Below are positions 26,326 to 35,842 of a DNA stretch of 64,000 nucleotides, piece after piece. Positions within the stretch are counted from its first letter, which is position 1. Every line of letters starts with the position of its first letter. A model generated the notes under the pieces. The model saw only the letters and a list, made by a program, of their open reading frames with translations. It ran no database searches and was not told the origin of the DNA. Position numbers and translations under genes: made by a program. This DNA is from Candidatus Nomurabacteria bacterium (lineage in GTDB: Bacteria; Patescibacteriota; Minisyncoccia; Phycocordibacterales; UBA918). The stretch covers positions 557,634 through 621,633 of the forward strand of contig CP060227.1 of the NCBI GenBank assembly GCA_023898525.1, written 5' to 3'.

Positions 26326-29160
26326 CTATATCAGCTGGTCCATGTTATACCAAACTTGCTCATCCTGAAACCAAACACCAACAATACCGATGTAGGTTTC
26401 GTGACCATAAGGACTATCAACCGAAACACTGGCATCAGCATTTTCAGTGAAAGTAAAGTTACTGCGATGAGAGTTTGGCCCATGATAATCCACCTGATCA
26501 GGTCCACCTCCACCCACATAAATATCATCACCTAAGCTACCAAAAAAAGTATCGTGACCATCTCCACCGGCAAAAAGATCATTGCTGTCAGTACCGGTCA
26601 AGACCTCGTCGGAATTGGTACCCGGTACGATGTTATACAAACCATCACTGAAGACAATCCTTTCCACACCCTCCAAGATATCAACTCCGTAATCAATGTT
26701 GTATACGGAAATAACACCGTCAGTATGTAGCTGAGTATTAAACTCGGTTACAGGTTTGTTATAAGTGATGGTGTCAACTCCGTCGTCACCAAAGTAGTGA
26801 TTGTCACCGCTTTCACCGATGAAGTTATCGTCACCTTTGGTGCCGATAATTGGATAGACCGATATAGGTAACGGACCGATAAAATCAATGTTGCCTAGAC
26901 TGGTAGGTTGCAGATTGAGACCGTCGCCGACCGGCACATCACCCAGTCCGATTAAGTACACCGCCGGTATAGCAATACCACCTTCTTCAGGATCGTGGAT
27001 GTTGGTGGTGATTTCGTGCGGAACATCTTCAGCACCACTTTTGGTAACACTCTTGCTTCCTTCCCACTCAAAACCAGCACCACGATATGTATCCGTTCCA
27101 AAAGAAACATGGATATGCTTACCTTCCACAAATCCAGTAGCTCCCACAATCCCTAGAGGAGTACCTGCTTCCACATGAGCATCCTTCCAGTTGTCTGGAA
27201 ACTGAGCCGCAATAGAGCCGGTCTTGGCGTGAGCGTAGGTCATGTACACATCATGCTTTTCTCCGTTTATGGTAGCTTTTTGGTCAAGCAAGATGGTAAT
27301 TGAGTTACCCAGTTCTCCTGGCCCATTACCGGTAGTGTTGTCTATATAAGATACCACTTTACCGGAAGCTTGGGCGTAGAAGTACGGATCTACTCCAGGA
27401 GTTTGTAAATAGCCTCCCGTTAGATTGTAATCTAAGGAAACTTCTTGGTGACCAAAAGACGGTAATCCGGACGGAGTACTTTTCCCTTCAGTAATATGAC
27501 TAGTCATACCGTTTCCCCCATCACTCATACCTTGTACCACTTGCCAACGATGCCCATCAATAGCTAGTGAGTCAAATGGTTGCCCTATGACCACCTTACC
27601 ATCAACAGTATCGTTGATCCGAAGAGCAAGATCAGAAAAACCAGGTCTTTCAAGATCCTCCCTTGTCCACTCTACCGGCGGGGTATAAACGCCAAACTCC
27701 TGCTTATTAATTCTGATGCCTTTATTTACTTCGTTTTGCACAGAATCTAAAGCCGGCAATTCACCAACACTGGCATAAGCAGTACTAGCAGAAAACCAGC
27801 TAACCGCACTCAAAAAACTCTGCGAAAGCAAACCTCCCACCGCTTCCATAGTTTTACCCAAAGAGGAAAGTAGGTGGTTGTCACCCACAAAGTCAGCGGC
27901 AGAAGTAGTTCCCACATCTGCCTCCAGCTTATTAAAAGCCTCTGCATGCGTAGCTAAATCAGCTTTAGTGATAGCCGGTGTTATCTCCCACGTTGCGACA
28001 TCAATTATTTTTAACATCACCTTATCGTTAGCAAGATTGGCTCCTTGCACGTTACTGACTCCGAGTTCAAACAATTCCTCCGCCCAATCTTCAGAATCAG
28101 GGTTTTGGATGGTCTTTACCGGAATCGCTACTTTGGTTTGACCAGCCGGTATAGTGAAGCTTATGTCGATAAAGCCTTCATAGTCTCCACCAGCACCTAA
28201 TACATTAGCTTGATTGTACGTGCCTTTGTAGGTGGTGGCGGTAAAGGTCACATCATGACCGACCGCTTTATCCAACTCCGCGTAAGAGGTGGTAAAGTCA
28301 CCTTCATTGGTATCACCTCCGGCGTAGAGAGAAAGCGTAGGTAAGGTCTCCGCTACCAGTGTAGTGTTATACACCGTACCATAGGCTGTTCCGTCGGTAA
28401 TGACAAAATTATCATCATAAGAAAATAGTTTAACATCAATCCGTCGGTTATCGGTCTGACCATCATCAACTGTCTTAATATTGATTGTGACCGAAGTCTC
28501 ACCAGCCCTAATAACACCACTAACCCACCACGAACCATCAGCAATACTGGCGGTGGTGGTATATGGATTTACTTGCAAATAGACAAGCGTGTCATAGGGT
28601 ACCGGCTTTTCTGCCCCTACCACAAAACCAACACTACCACCTTCATTACCGGTGGTGTTATTTACCCACAAGCCAATCTGAGTCCGATCATCATCAACGA
28701 TACCAATACTAGTAATCGGAGAAAGAGTCTCGTGCTGTGAGCTAGCCACCACATGTGAATCTAGAGACAATTCTTGTACATCAGTTATTTCAACTGTAAG
28801 ACCTTCAAGTAAAGTACTTTCATCGATGGAGTCGTTTACGAGTTCGATTTTTATATCGAACTCAGTTTGACCACTAGCAAAATAATAGTACCCATCGACC
28901 AATGAGTCTGATTGTGGCTTTGTAACTATCCTGTAGTCACTACTAGTCAGCCCGTTCCAGTGGTACCAATCCAATTTAAACCAAGTGATTTGGTAAGGAT
29001 TTGTCGCCTCACCCACCGGTTCACGCTTGATGGTAAAAGTAATGGTTCCATCACTCTCATTATATAGAGCAAAGGTATTGTCACCATTTACCGGATTGTT
29101 GTTACGTTTAAAACCATACACAACAGGCATAATTGCCTCCTTATTTTTGGTTAATTTCAA
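26326..29160 (-). CDS. Large (944 aa) multidomain protein: N-terminal beta-rich repeat domains, a central M23 (LytM-type) metallopeptidase domain, and C-terminal RTX-type Ca-binding repeats. It has no N-terminal signal peptide.
   Basis: The M23 signature is HDVYMTYAH...GTPLGIVGATGFVEGKHIHVSF (HxxxD ... G-x-T-G-x-x-x-G-x-H-L/I-H-F). The C-terminal repeats (GDDNFIGESGDNHYFGDDGVDTI and LTGTDSNDLFAGGDGHDTFFGSLGDDIYVGGGGPDQV) are of the GGxGxDxL type. The N-terminus is hydrophilic. Confidence 0.7.
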   Translation of the reverse strand: MKLTKNKEAIMPVVYGFKRNNNPVNGDNTFALYNESDGTITFTIKREPVGEATNPYQITWFKLDWYHWNGLTSSDYRIVTKPQSDSLVDGYYYFASGQTEFDIKIELVNDSIDESTLLEGLTVEITDVQELSLDSHVVASSQHETLSPITSIGIVDDDRTQIGLWVNNTTGNEGGSVGFVVGAEKPVPYDTLVYLQVNPYTTTASIADGSWWVSGVIRAGETSVTINIKTVDDGQTDNRRIDVKLFSYDDNFVITDGTAYGTVYNTTLVAETLPTLSLYAGGDTNEGDFTTSYAELDKAVGHDVTFTATTYKGTYNQANVLGAGGDYEGFIDISFTIPAGQTKVAIPVKTIQNPDSEDWAEELFELGVSNVQGANLANDKVMLKIIDVATWEITPAITKADLATHAEAFNKLEADVGTTSAADFVGDNHLLSSLGKTMEAVGGLLSQSFLSAVSWFSASTAYASVGELPALDSVQNEVNKGIRINKQEFGVYTPPVEWTREDLERPGFSDLALRINDTVDGKVVIGQPFDSLAIDGHRWQVVQGMSDGGNGMTSHITEGKSTPSGLPSFGHQEVSLDYNLTGGYLQTPGVDPYFYAQASGKVVSYIDNTTGNGPGELGNSITILLDQKATINGEKHDVYMTYAHAKTGSIAAQFPDNWKDAHVEAGTPLGIVGATGFVEGKHIHVSFGTDTYRGAGFEWEGSKSVTKSGAEDVPHEITTNIHDPEEGGIAIPAVYLIGLGDVPVGDGLNLQPTSLGNIDFIGPLPISVYPIIGTKGDDNFIGESGDNHYFGDDGVDTITYNKPVTEFNTQLHTDGVISVYNIDYGVDILEGVERIVFSDGLYNIVPGTNSDEVLTGTDSNDLFAGGDGHDTFFGSLGDDIYVGGGGPDQVDYHGPNSHRSNFTFTENADASVSVDSPYGHETYIGIVGVWFQDEQVWYNMDQLI

Positions 29161-29339
29161 AGAACATGACGAATTTTTTATTCGTCGTCGTTTAGTATAC
29201 TGGTCTATACTGTAAATACAATTGACTATTAATTACCGACCAACTGAACGACAAATTTACATATTAAAAAAAGACAAAGCTTCTAGATACAGCCTCATCA
29301 GGTTATAAACCACTCTAAAACAAATCACGATACCACAAT

Positions 29340-29368
29340 ATAAAAGTACTCGTGGTAAATTCACGAGT
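29340..29368. terminator. Hairpin aagtactcgtg-gtaaatt-cacgagtactt.
   Basis: A perfect 11-bp stem downstream of the 29388..29654 gene on the minus strand. Confidence 0.55.
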
Positions 29369-29387
29369 ACTTTATTTAACATTTTTA

Positions 29388-29654
29388 TCAAATTAGTCCA
29401 AAAAAAACCGCTCCTTTTAGCCAAGTCATAGATTCTAAAACAACATAGGACATGAACCACAAGACTGCACCGATTATGTAGAATACAATATAAACAAACA
29501 ATACACAGAAAATTAATAGAAAGGTAGCGGCAAAATACCGGACTGATACCTCCTTACTCGGTATTTTGTCAAATAAATTTCTATTAGCAAATCTATAGGC
29601 AGCAAAAGAGACTAGCGCTAAAACAACAACACCGACCGTTATCTGAATATCCAT
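29388..29654 (-). CDS. Small membrane protein (3 TM), hypothetical.
   Basis: An 88-aa hydrophobic ORF. Confidence 0.4.
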   Translation of the reverse strand: MDIQITVGVVVLALVSFAAYRFANRNLFDKIPSKEVSVRYFAATFLLIFCVLFVYIVFYIIGAVLWFMSYVVLESMTWLKGAVFFGLI

Positions 29655-29674
29655 CTATTTTCCTTTCTTTTTGA

Positions 29675-31045
29675 TTGAAAAACCTGAGCTGTACAGGACT
29701 GGGAGTATTTATACATACAAATTATCTTTTGGCAAATACACCAATTACTCGTATACTATATAGTATGTCACGTATCATACTGTTATTGAAAAAGTTAATC
29801 CCGAAACCCTTATTAGACTTTATTTTACCGTACTATCACTACAGCCTCGCCTACCTAGCTGACCGTTGGTACAAACATCCATCTAAAGAAATTTTTGTAA
29901 TCGGAGTCACTGGCACCAAAGGAAAGTCCAGTGTAACCGAGCTTATGGCCCGCATCTTAGAAGCTAATGGTCACAAAGTTGCTTCGCTTTCAACTATTCA
30001 GTTTAAAATTGGTGACGACGTTGAGCGCAACCTTTTTAAAATGACGATGCCTGGTCGCTTTTTTGTCCAACGTTTCTTGCGACAGGCAGTAGAGGCTGGT
30101 TGTTCGCATGCAGTAATTGAAATTACCTCTGAGGGAGCTCGGCAGTTTCGTCATAACTTTTTAGAATTAAACGCACTTATTTTTACCAACCTCAGTCCTG
30201 AACATATTGAATCACACGGTTCGTTTGAAAAATACAAACAAGCCAAGTTATCAATTGCCAAACGAGTAGAAGATTCAATTAAACGACCTCGCTACATAGT
30301 CGCCAACATTGATGACGAACACGGTCAGGATTTTCTTAACTTTGATGTTGAGCAAAAACTTCCGTATAGCTTAGGTGATCTTTCCTTATACTCCCTACAC
30401 CGCGATAGTGTCAGTCTGGTTTTTGGCGACACCACCATTCGCGTGCCAATGATTGGTCTCTTTAATGTATACAATATATTAGCCGCTATTACTTTAGCCA
30501 AAAGTTTTGGTATATCTTATATGACCATCGACAAAGCCCTTCGCAATATTCCCAAGATTGCCGGACGAGTAGAAAAATTCACCAGTCCCAAAAATGCTAC
30601 AAAAAATGTCACTGCGATTGTCGACTACGCACACACCACCGACTCGCTGGAAAAGCTCTACCAAGCCTTTCCTGATACCACCAGAATCTGTGTTTTGGGC
30701 AATACCGGCGGCGGACGCGATACCTGGAAACGACCGGAGATGGGAGCAATTGCTGATAAGTATTGTGACCAGATTATCCTGACCAATGAAGACCCTTATG
30801 ACGAAAACCCACGCAGTATAGTAGACCAAATGGCTAAAGGTATCGAAAACAAAGATAAACTAGAAATAATTATGGATCGCCGAGAAGCGATTAGAGTGGC
30901 AATTGACAAGACTCCTAGCGGTGGTTATGTCATAGTGTCCGGCAAAGGCACCGACCCGTACATCATGGGACCAAATGGCACCAAGACGGTTTGGAGTGAC
31001 GCTGAAGTGGTACAAGAAGAGTTAGCTGAACTGGCTATAAATTAA
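29675..31045 (+). CDS. murE: Mur ligase: UDP-N-acetylmuramoyl-L-alanyl-D-glutamate--2,6-diaminopimelate (or L-Lys) ligase.
   Basis: The motifs GVTGTKGKSS (P-loop), TMPG and the catalytic domain match the MurE pattern. The true start is probably MSRIILLLKK (ATG near 29765). Confidence 0.8.
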   Translation: MKNLSCTGLGVFIHTNYLLANTPITRILYSMSRIILLLKKLIPKPLLDFILPYYHYSLAYLADRWYKHPSKEIFVIGVTGTKGKSSVTELMARILEANGHKVASLSTIQFKIGDDVERNLFKMTMPGRFFVQRFLRQAVEAGCSHAVIEITSEGARQFRHNFLELNALIFTNLSPEHIESHGSFEKYKQAKLSIAKRVEDSIKRPRYIVANIDDEHGQDFLNFDVEQKLPYSLGDLSLYSLHRDSVSLVFGDTTIRVPMIGLFNVYNILAAITLAKSFGISYMTIDKALRNIPKIAGRVEKFTSPKNATKNVTAIVDYAHTTDSLEKLYQAFPDTTRICVLGNTGGGRDTWKRPEMGAIADKYCDQIILTNEDPYDENPRSIVDQMAKGIENKDKLEIIMDRREAIRVAIDKTPSGGYVIVSGKGTDPYIMGPNGTKTVWSDAEVVQEELAELAIN

Positions 31046-32606
31046 GCGCTCCGATTTGCCAATCTTTATCTTCTTTAATTATTTCTGGAATAACTTTCTT
31101 GCCCCCTGCAGTATACAGTGCCCCTTCCCCCATATTGCCAGCACTAATAATTGACACTCGACTCCAGACCGCCTGGATCTTGAGCATATTATCTATTTCA
31201 GAACGAAGAATTTTTGAGTCATGAAACCAAGCATGAGAAAACGGATGAGCAACAAAGGGGACATTTTCTCTCCCTTGTACCGCCTGTCTTACCCGCACCG
31301 GATCCACGACACCGTAACAAAATAATATTCCCGGAATATCAGCTGAAAAATCTACCTGAGAAGCTTGTGGACCGGGTTTGAAATACGACCGCTTATCAAT
31401 TCGAGCCAGAACGTCAGTCTGCCCAAATAGTCGCAAAAAACCGGTATAGAGATAGGGTAAGAATTCACCTTGTGGAGTTAGGTACTGCTTGTCAGCATAC
31501 CAACTGGTTTTATTTTTACCGTCATAAATAATAGATCTGACCGTAGTAAGCTTTTCGCTACTCAATTTGGCTGTACTAGTGAAGACCACAACCGTTTCTG
31601 GGTCAGAATAGTTAAAACGAAATAAATTATAAGCTGCTTTAGGGGTAAGGTTATGAGGATTTAGTCCAACCCCTTCTGGTAAAACCAAATAATCAGGCTT
31701 GGTTTCCAAAGCCGCCGCCACTGCTTTAGAGACAGCAGCAAACTCATATTCTTGCTGCTCTAAAGAGTCACGATACCCGCCACCAAACTTAGTATTTATA
31801 ATAGCTACTGTTTTATCTTCAGCTGACTCAACTTTTAACCAATTAAGGTGAGCCGTTGCCCCGAAACCAATCACTGTAAAAGCCAAGGTGTAGTAGAAAA
31901 ACATCTTTGACTGTGAGTGATAAATAAACCAAACCAGTCCCCCGACCGTCGCCGCCAGTAGTGACAGAACATAAACACCACCAAACTGCGCAAGCAAGAT
32001 AAGACCACTATGCTCGCCCAAAAGATAGCCGATATGACCTAAGCTGTAGCCTGCGTTGATCGAGCCCCCCGGACCATAAGTAAGAATTGAAAACATAAAG
32101 GCTCCGAGCCATTCACTTAAAACCAAGATAAACGGTAGGCCAATCAAAAAAACTTTGATTGGATGTTTATTTTTCAAATACCACAAGCCGGCTCCAGCCA
32201 ATAAACCACCAAAGCCAATGACCAAAGAAACAATCATCCAATACAAACCAATAATAATTAATTCAATTCTTCCCAAACTGATTTCACTAATCAACAAAGG
32301 GTAAGCGCTCCAATACATGGAAGTAGCAAACAAAGCCTTGATGGTAAAAGTTATCAAGCTACCAAGTAAGGCCGACTTTAAAGTTTCTGTCCGACTGACC
32401 GCTACCAAAAAAACGAGAACACCTATAAATACCGTTACCCAAAGCGTCGGTACAACAAACCCGATTCCCAACAAAACCCCACTAACTATGTATAAAAATA
32501 ATGGTGAACCTGGACTCATCCTATACATGATACAACACAATACCGGCTGTAACAGAAACATTAAGAGATTCCTTCCGGCCAAGCATCGGTAATTCCAAAA
32601 CCACAT
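31035..32606 (-). CDS. lnt: Apolipoprotein N-acyltransferase-like protein (polytopic membrane domain plus C-terminal CN-hydrolase domain).
   Basis: It has eight or more TM segments followed by a nitrilase-superfamily domain with DYLVLPEG (catalytic Glu) and GILFCYGVV (catalytic Cys). The true start is probably an internal Met (MYRMSPG...), which avoids overlap with the SpoU gene. Confidence 0.55.
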   Translation of the reverse strand: MWFWNYRCLAGRNLLMFLLQPVLCCIMYRMSPGSPLFLYIVSGVLLGIGFVVPTLWVTVFIGVLVFLVAVSRTETLKSALLGSLITFTIKALFATSMYWSAYPLLISEISLGRIELIIIGLYWMIVSLVIGFGGLLAGAGLWYLKNKHPIKVFLIGLPFILVLSEWLGAFMFSILTYGPGGSINAGYSLGHIGYLLGEHSGLILLAQFGGVYVLSLLAATVGGLVWFIYHSQSKMFFYYTLAFTVIGFGATAHLNWLKVESAEDKTVAIINTKFGGGYRDSLEQQEYEFAAVSKAVAAALETKPDYLVLPEGVGLNPHNLTPKAAYNLFRFNYSDPETVVVFTSTAKLSSEKLTTVRSIIYDGKNKTSWYADKQYLTPQGEFLPYLYTGFLRLFGQTDVLARIDKRSYFKPGPQASQVDFSADIPGILFCYGVVDPVRVRQAVQGRENVPFVAHPFSHAWFHDSKILRSEIDNMLKIQAVWSRVSIISAGNMGEGALYTAGGKKVIPEIIKEDKDWQIGALNL

Positions 32607-33024
32607 CTACCATATTGAGTATTTCCTCCGGCAAACCTTCTGTTTCAGAACCAAATATATAAACCACTTTTTCAGGAACCTTAAAGTCGTGAAGTGAAAC
32701 CGAATTCTCCGCCTGTTCTACTGCTACAGTTTTTACCCCTTTACTCTTTAGTCTCTCAATTAAACCAATCACGTCTTCAACCTTTTCCCAAGATATAAAG
32801 TCCTCGGCTCCCAATGCTGTCTTACTAATCTCCGGCACCTTCCGGCCAAACCGGTCTTCTGGAGCTGGGGTAAATCCAGTCAAATAAATTTTACTTACCC
32901 CTGCCCCGTCGCTGGTTCGAAAAATAGCCCCAACATTGTAGTGACTACGTATATCACACAACACAACTTGTTTCATACATGCTACACTACCAAATAATCT
33001 ATGCTGAATCCATTCCCAATTCAA
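32521..33024 (-). CDS. SpoU/TrmH-family RNA 2'-O-methyltransferase.
   Basis: The SPOUT motifs are VVLCDIRSHYNVGAIFRTSDGAGV, IFGSETEGL and ESLNVSVTAGIVLY. The start is probably MKQVVLCD... Confidence 0.8.
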   Translation of the reverse strand: MNWEWIQHRLFGSVACMKQVVLCDIRSHYNVGAIFRTSDGAGVSKIYLTGFTPAPEDRFGRKVPEISKTALGAEDFISWEKVEDVIGLIERLKSKGVKTVAVEQAENSVSLHDFKVPEKVVYIFGSETEGLPEEILNMVDVVLELPMLGRKESLNVSVTAGIVLYHV

Positions 33025-33399
33025 TTTTTAGCTCTCTTTGCCTATTTCTTACTTCGAGTCATAACCGGACTGGTACTTTTAACCTTAGGTTACAAACACT
33101 GGAAAAGTAGAAAAGAACTTTTTTATACTTTGGCATTACCAATTTTTCCGCACGGAAAATTTATTACTGCGATGCTAATATTTACCGAGATTCTTATTGG
33201 TGTAATGCTGATAATTGGATGGTATACGCAAATAGCCGCTCTTATCTTAATCCTCCTGTCCATCAAAACTTTAATCTTCCACAAACACATAAAACACGGA
33301 ACTATCCCTGGCCGATTGGCCTACATTTTACTTTTTGGAATCGGTTTATCTCTATTTATTACTGGAGCCGGCGTATTTGCATTTGATTTACCGATATAA
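33001..33399 (+). CDS. DoxX-family membrane protein.
   Basis: It has four TM segments and the DoxX-like pattern (LRV.TGLVLL..G..HW...; TQIAALILILLS). Confidence 0.65.
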   Translation: MLNPFPIQFLALFAYFLLRVITGLVLLTLGYKHWKSRKELFYTLALPIFPHGKFITAMLIFTEILIGVMLIIGWYTQIAALILILLSIKTLIFHKHIKHGTIPGRLAYILLFGIGLSLFITGAGVFAFDLPI

Positions 33400-33432
33400 T
33401 ATGGTAAAGTGTCCCCACAAAAAGATAAATAT

Positions 33433-33505
33433 GCGCCTTTAGCTCAGTTGGTAGAGCAGCTCCCTTTTAAGGAGACGGTCCAAGGTTCGAGCCCTTGAAG
33501 GCGCA
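33433..33505 (+). tRNA. tRNA-Lys (anticodon UUU).
   Basis: The cloverleaf was folded by hand. The acceptor stem is gcgcctt/aaggcgc. The D arm is gctc-agttggta-gagc. The anticodon arm is gctcc-CTTTTAA-ggaga (27:43 is a G.A mismatch; the loop equals the E. coli tRNA-Lys loop). The T arm is caagg-TTCGAGC-ccttg. The discriminator is A, and no CCA is encoded. Confidence 0.85.
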
Positions 33506-33558
33506 CAAATATTAAAACCCTCCGAACGGAGGGTTTTAATATTTGTGCGCCTTCAAGG
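33494..33558. repeat. A perfect inverted repeat with 31-bp arms whose left arm starts inside the tRNA-Lys 3' end (T-stem and acceptor strand).
   Basis: cttgaaggcgcacaaatattaaaaccctccg-aac-cggagggttttaatatttgtgcgccttcaag. Confidence 0.85.
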
Positions 33559-33635
33559 CGCAGCCTAGCCCTACTTTTTGAACTAACTACCCTAGACTTA
33601 CAACAACATAGGGCACCTATGGCAGCTTTGCTGTC

Positions 33636-33668
33636 ATAAAAAAACCACCTACTGAAGGCGGTTTTTCA
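33636..33668. terminator. Hairpin aaaaaccacc-tactgaa-ggcggttttt downstream of the minus-strand gene 33679..33900.
   Basis: A 10-bp stem with one mismatch. Confidence 0.5.
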
Positions 33669-33678
33669 AGGCCGAGAG

Positions 33679-33900
33679 TCAGCATTTTAGACTCCTCATT
33701 TCAAAACCATCAGAATTTGGATTATTTGAATAAATATCAAGACATAGTTCTCGTGTAACAACTTCACCTAAACCAGCTTCTACTTTAAACTTTCCTTTTT
33801 CCAATTTTCTTTTAATTCTTAACATCTTCCTCTTCAGGTTAGATTCTTTACACTGAACCCTATCCAAAAGCTGACCGGCACTATATATTTTTATTAGCAT
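33679..33900 (-). CDS. Small basic hypothetical protein (73 aa).
   Basis: ORF only. Confidence 0.3.
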   Translation of the reverse strand: MLIKIYSAGQLLDRVQCKESNLKRKMLRIKRKLEKGKFKVEAGLGEVVTRELCLDIYSNNPNSDGFEMRSLKC

Positions 33901-33957
33901 TTTATTGTCCTCAAAAGAAAGTGGCTGCCGAGACTATAGTATAAAATAACAATAAAT

Positions 33958-34374
33958 TCAACAACAGACACCTATATAGTCCCGAAACCTCTCTTTCAAA
34001 GCAAGTATCACATCCTCTCTTTCAAAAAATTCTTCTTGAGTAAATAATCTCCACTTCTGCCCTTCGGTTAAATTAATTTCACCCACATCCACTTTTTCTA
34101 GTTTAGCCACCATAAATACCGCTTTTTGATTGGGATCTTTTTGTGCAGGATATATTTTTTCCCAAACAATGGCTTCTTCTGCTAGAGACAAACCTATCTC
34201 TTCTTTTACCTCTCTAATCACACACCCGATCGGTGTTTCATCACCCTCTCTGCCTCCACCCAAAAAATCCCATTTGTTAGCATTAAAAAGACCCGGCTTG
34301 TTATCACGCAAATACATCAATATTTTGTCATCCATCAATATCGCTATTTTCGCTCCATGAAAGTCCATAAACAA
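33958..34374 (-). CDS. NUDIX hydrolase.
   Basis: The Nudix box is GGGREGDETPIGCVIREVKEEIGL (Gx5Ex7REUxEExGU). Confidence 0.85.
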   Translation of the reverse strand: MFMDFHGAKIAILMDDKILMYLRDNKPGLFNANKWDFLGGGREGDETPIGCVIREVKEEIGLSLAEEAIVWEKIYPAQKDPNQKAVFMVAKLEKVDVGEINLTEGQKWRLFTQEEFFEREDVILALKERFRDYIGVCC

Positions 34375-34377
34375 TAA

Positions 34378-35082
34378 TTACCTCCCCTTAAGCAAAAGCA
34401 ACCTAAAAACATTCCCGACCACACCAACCAACAATCCAAACAATAGCAACCCCACAAACCTCGTCGCTACATACACCACTTCCCCAAACTGAGTGTCAGG
34501 CACAGTCACTGCCATACCTCCCATAAAAACTTTTAAAGACCACCACATACCAGCCGGTATACTTGCAAACGATTCTGTATCTGATTCTGCCAAATAAATT
34601 AAAGTCCCCATTACAAGCAAACTCAGCAAGAGCGTTGCTCCGTATATCAAAATATTAAACCCGTAAACACCAAAAGACTCTTCAATATCTTGACCTTTCG
34701 GATTACGAGTTATTTTCGCCAGACGTAATATACGCAACAATCTAATTATACGAATCGCTCTAGCTGATTTGAGAAAAGTTAAATTACCTAAACCAAGAAG
34801 GGTTGGCAAAATCGCCACCAAATCAATTATTCCAAAGAAACTAAATACATACCTGTACCTAGGTTTAGTTACCAAAAGACGTCCTAAATACTCTAGAGAA
34901 AAGATAATTACCGCCACCCACTCAATCAATAAAAACCATTTTTCATACACACTAAGAGACGGGACTGTTTCGAGTACAACCGCCAAAATGGAAACGATCG
35001 TTACAACCGCCAAAAAGTTACCGGTCCTAGAAAATGTTTTTGACTCCGTATCAAGAAACGCTCGCCTTAGTATTTCACACAT
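34378..35082 (-). CDS. Voltage-gated ion-channel-family membrane protein (Ion_trans-like).
   Basis: It has an S4-like voltage-sensor helix with Arg at every third position (RAIRIIRLLRILRLAK), then a pore helix and TM segments. There is no canonical TVGYG K+ filter. Confidence 0.6.
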   Translation of the reverse strand: MCEILRRAFLDTESKTFSRTGNFLAVVTIVSILAVVLETVPSLSVYEKWFLLIEWVAVIIFSLEYLGRLLVTKPRYRYVFSFFGIIDLVAILPTLLGLGNLTFLKSARAIRIIRLLRILRLAKITRNPKGQDIEESFGVYGFNILIYGATLLLSLLVMGTLIYLAESDTESFASIPAGMWWSLKVFMGGMAVTVPDTQFGEVVYVATRFVGLLLFGLLVGVVGNVFRLLLLKGR

Positions 35083-35128
35083 ACTTCAATGATATCATGT
35101 ACTGTATCGCTACTTGTTTCTAGCCATA

Positions 35129-35836
35129 TCATATCCCCAAAACCCACTCCTCCAAAGCCATATCTATATCTCGCCTGCCAGCATGCGACTCGTGGTACAG
35201 CTTTAATAATTTGGCGGAAATTTTTTCTATCTCACCTAGCTTAAAATTACGTAGCGCCTGCTTGGCTTTATTGTACGGATAATCTTTTACTCCCGCCTCT
35301 TGTGCAGATGAGGTTAACGCCGCAAGTCTTAATGTTTTTAGTTGCCACCAGAGCGTGCCGATTATTTCTTCAGCTACCAAGTTATTTTGCCTAGCTTCTT
35401 GGAGCAACACCCAGAGCAGGCGTTTATCTTTACGAGCCAGGGCATCCGCCATCACAAACGGATTAAACCTGGCATCACTAGTCTTTTTATACTCATTTAT
35501 TTTTTCGGCGTGCTTAGCGAATTTCTTTTTTTCGGCAGCTAGTAACTCCTTTTCTACCACTACAAAAGTAGAGGGTGCAGAAGCCAAGTTATCCAGCAGC
35601 CCCAAAAGTTCATCGTAGAAATCTTTGTGCAAAGAAGCGGTATCTATCAAATAAAGCGGGGTTAAGCCAAAAAGTACATTAGCCTGAGTAAAGTTGGTTA
35701 ATTGTCCCGGTTCGTAGTTATCGGCCTCCAGTTTTATCACTAATTGATCATCGTGAATTGATTCATCAATATACCGATGCGCCTGTTTGCGCACTTCAAT
35801 TTGATCATTACCACAAAACACTACAAACATACACAA
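35129..35836 (-). CDS. holA: DNA polymerase III delta subunit-like protein.
   Basis: Size and an N-terminal pattern (FVVFCGNDQIEV...) weakly resemble HolA. It lies immediately downstream of polA. Confidence 0.4.
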   Translation of the reverse strand: MCMFVVFCGNDQIEVRKQAHRYIDESIHDDQLVIKLEADNYEPGQLTNFTQANVLFGLTPLYLIDTASLHKDFYDELLGLLDNLASAPSTFVVVEKELLAAEKKKFAKHAEKINEYKKTSDARFNPFVMADALARKDKRLLWVLLQEARQNNLVAEEIIGTLWWQLKTLRLAALTSSAQEAGVKDYPYNKAKQALRNFKLGEIEKISAKLLKLYHESHAGRRDIDMALEEWVLGI

Positions 35837-35842
35837 AGAATA

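Noticed and set aside
33461-33471. Alternative reading of the tRNA anticodon loop as TTA (an ochre-suppressor tRNA).
   Set aside because: That register gives no base-paired anticodon stem. The CTTTTAA loop register gives 4 canonical pairs and is identical to known tRNA-Lys(UUU) loops.
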